From assembly GCF_963506605.1 (NCBI RefSeq), contig NC_083288.1, positions 28,024,001 to 28,088,000 on the forward strand: DNA of 64,000 nucleotides, in the 5' to 3' direction. Made by a program: the position numbers and the translations under genes. This document shows, one piece after another, positions 62,438 to 64,000 of the stretch. The stretch comes from Zootoca vivipara (Eukaryota). The notes beneath the pieces were generated by a model, which was given only the letters and a program-made list of their open reading frames with translations, did no database searches and was not told the DNA's origin. Position 1 is the stretch's first letter. Each line of letters opens with the position of its first letter.

Positions 62438-63399
62438 AGAACCATTTGTAAGAATTTATATAGCAGCATTAAAAGATGTTTAATGGTAATCAGATATTTA
62501 ACTGATGCAAGTTCAAAGTCAAATATAAGCTCTATCTGCTCTTGCCTTTGGGAGGCTGGAGGCTGATTAACATATCATGCACAACTCTTAATGAGTCCAC
62601 ACAATGACTGGCAATTCAATGTTAACATCTGAACCCATTGGAAAGCATGATGTTGATATAATGCAGTCATAGAATTGTATAGTTGCAAGGAAGCACAAGG
62701 GTCATGTAGTCCAACTCCCTGAAATACAGGCAGGAATCTTTCACCCAAAATGGGACTTGATATAAGCAATGTGTGGTGTGAGATTCCAGGGATTCCAGGG
62801 ACATACCCAGGGTTCATGTTTCCTTCAGGAATGAGGCACAGTGGAGAATGTATTTAATATATGTGGTTTATTTACACATATATACATTCTGAGCCTATGG
62901 CAGAGGGGTTCACAGCATCACCACTCCGAAAGGGTGTTGTTTCTCCCATAGCCACAGCCTTGGTTTCAAACAGACATCAGGCATTGCTCTTGCCTCTGCC
63001 TTCTCCCAACTTGCTGCTTTATATTTGGTTCAAATCACTGCAACTTTCAACTGACTCTTTCTTTCTAACTATTCATGTGTTGCCATTTCCCACAGAGGCA
63101 TTGCTGGTGGGAAAAGATGGGATTTGTAGTTCAATCAAAACAATGTATCTCTGCTGGCAGGCGACAACATAGTATCCTAAGTACTCAGTAGCCATCAATA
63201 TTAAGGGGAAGATGGTTGGATTGCACTGTGGATTGCACACTGCCTTGTTCTAATTATCTTGACTTTCCTGAAATATTGTGCAAACTGTGTTTTAGTGATG
63301 TGCTGAGAATTATTTTACAGGTCCAAATAACCCATAATTTCCCAGCCAGATCTAAAGTTAGCACAGTTACCAAGGAGAGAGTGACTAATTTTATATAAA

Positions 63400-63860
63400 A
63401 TATTTTTATTAATCTTCAATTAATAACATTCCAATTGATAACAACTCAAATCAAATCTTGCCACATCATAATACAAACAATAAAGCAGTTATGCATTCCA
63501 AATTAAATTTTTAAAGAGGGCTCCCCATGTTCTGGCTGTTGGGAGATAGTTTCTTTCACTTGTTCCTCCTTCCTTCTCTGCCCCCCCCCCCCGGTTTCAT
63601 AATTCGGATCTTAACCCATTGTCTTATCATCACAATCACTGGTGTATGACTTTCCATCTGTTTAATGAATCTATATGTCTAAGAGGCATTTTATTTTGTG
63701 TTGTTATCCGTCAATTGATTTTCAGCGCAGCCCCCCCCCTTTCATTCCACAGTCTCATCTTCAAGGGTCTGGGCTCTCTTCCAGCTCTCCTTCATTTAAT
63801 AAGATTCATGGCGCAGCAATTTTCAGGTCTTTTAACAAGCTGATGTTCCAAATATGAGTC
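63400..63860 (-). mobile_element. Possible degraded L1-like 3' end
   Basis: tttttattaat tail on the + strand and composition like the 18121 element; no clean motif. Confidence 0.3.
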
Positions 63861-64000
63861 TTCCATAGAAAAACAGTGCCATAGGGTATATTTCACAATC
63901 AGTAATTATTTGTTTCCTCTAGAAGTCAAGCTTGCTCTCCCCCCCCCCCAGGCTCTAGGGGAAGCTCGCAAAGATAAAAAATTCACCCCCCTTTCACATT

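Overview
Eukaryotic vertebrate DNA from a squamate, most likely a lacertid lizard, judged from its repeats (Sauria/Squam1 and Squam3-type SINEs, Bov-B, CR1, L2, L1-clade and Penelope elements). The window is a chemosensory receptor cluster. It holds the last exon of one vomeronasal type-2 receptor (V2R, 1-408) and one complete six-exon V2R (4303-14155, 873 aa by manual splicing). It also holds ten olfactory receptor (OR) loci: seven intact and three pseudogenes. One OR10C1-like gene lies between the two V2Rs. Several ORs resemble the mammalian extended-MHC OR set (OR10C1, OR5V1, OR11A1-like), an assignment made from remembered motifs only. Notable points: three Penelope-borne minimal hammerhead ribozyme motifs upstream of OR genes; a hAT MITE that supplies the V2R stop codon and a 27-bp 3'UTR stem; an ORF2-only, tailless L1 with a perfect 14-bp target-site duplication (TSD); an inverted Bov-B; a 56-bp TSD; and mosaic OR11-like paralogs. 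An assembly gap lies at 31563-31709. Most short ORFs in the supplied track are spurious or transposon remnants. All family assignments were made by eye, without database searches.
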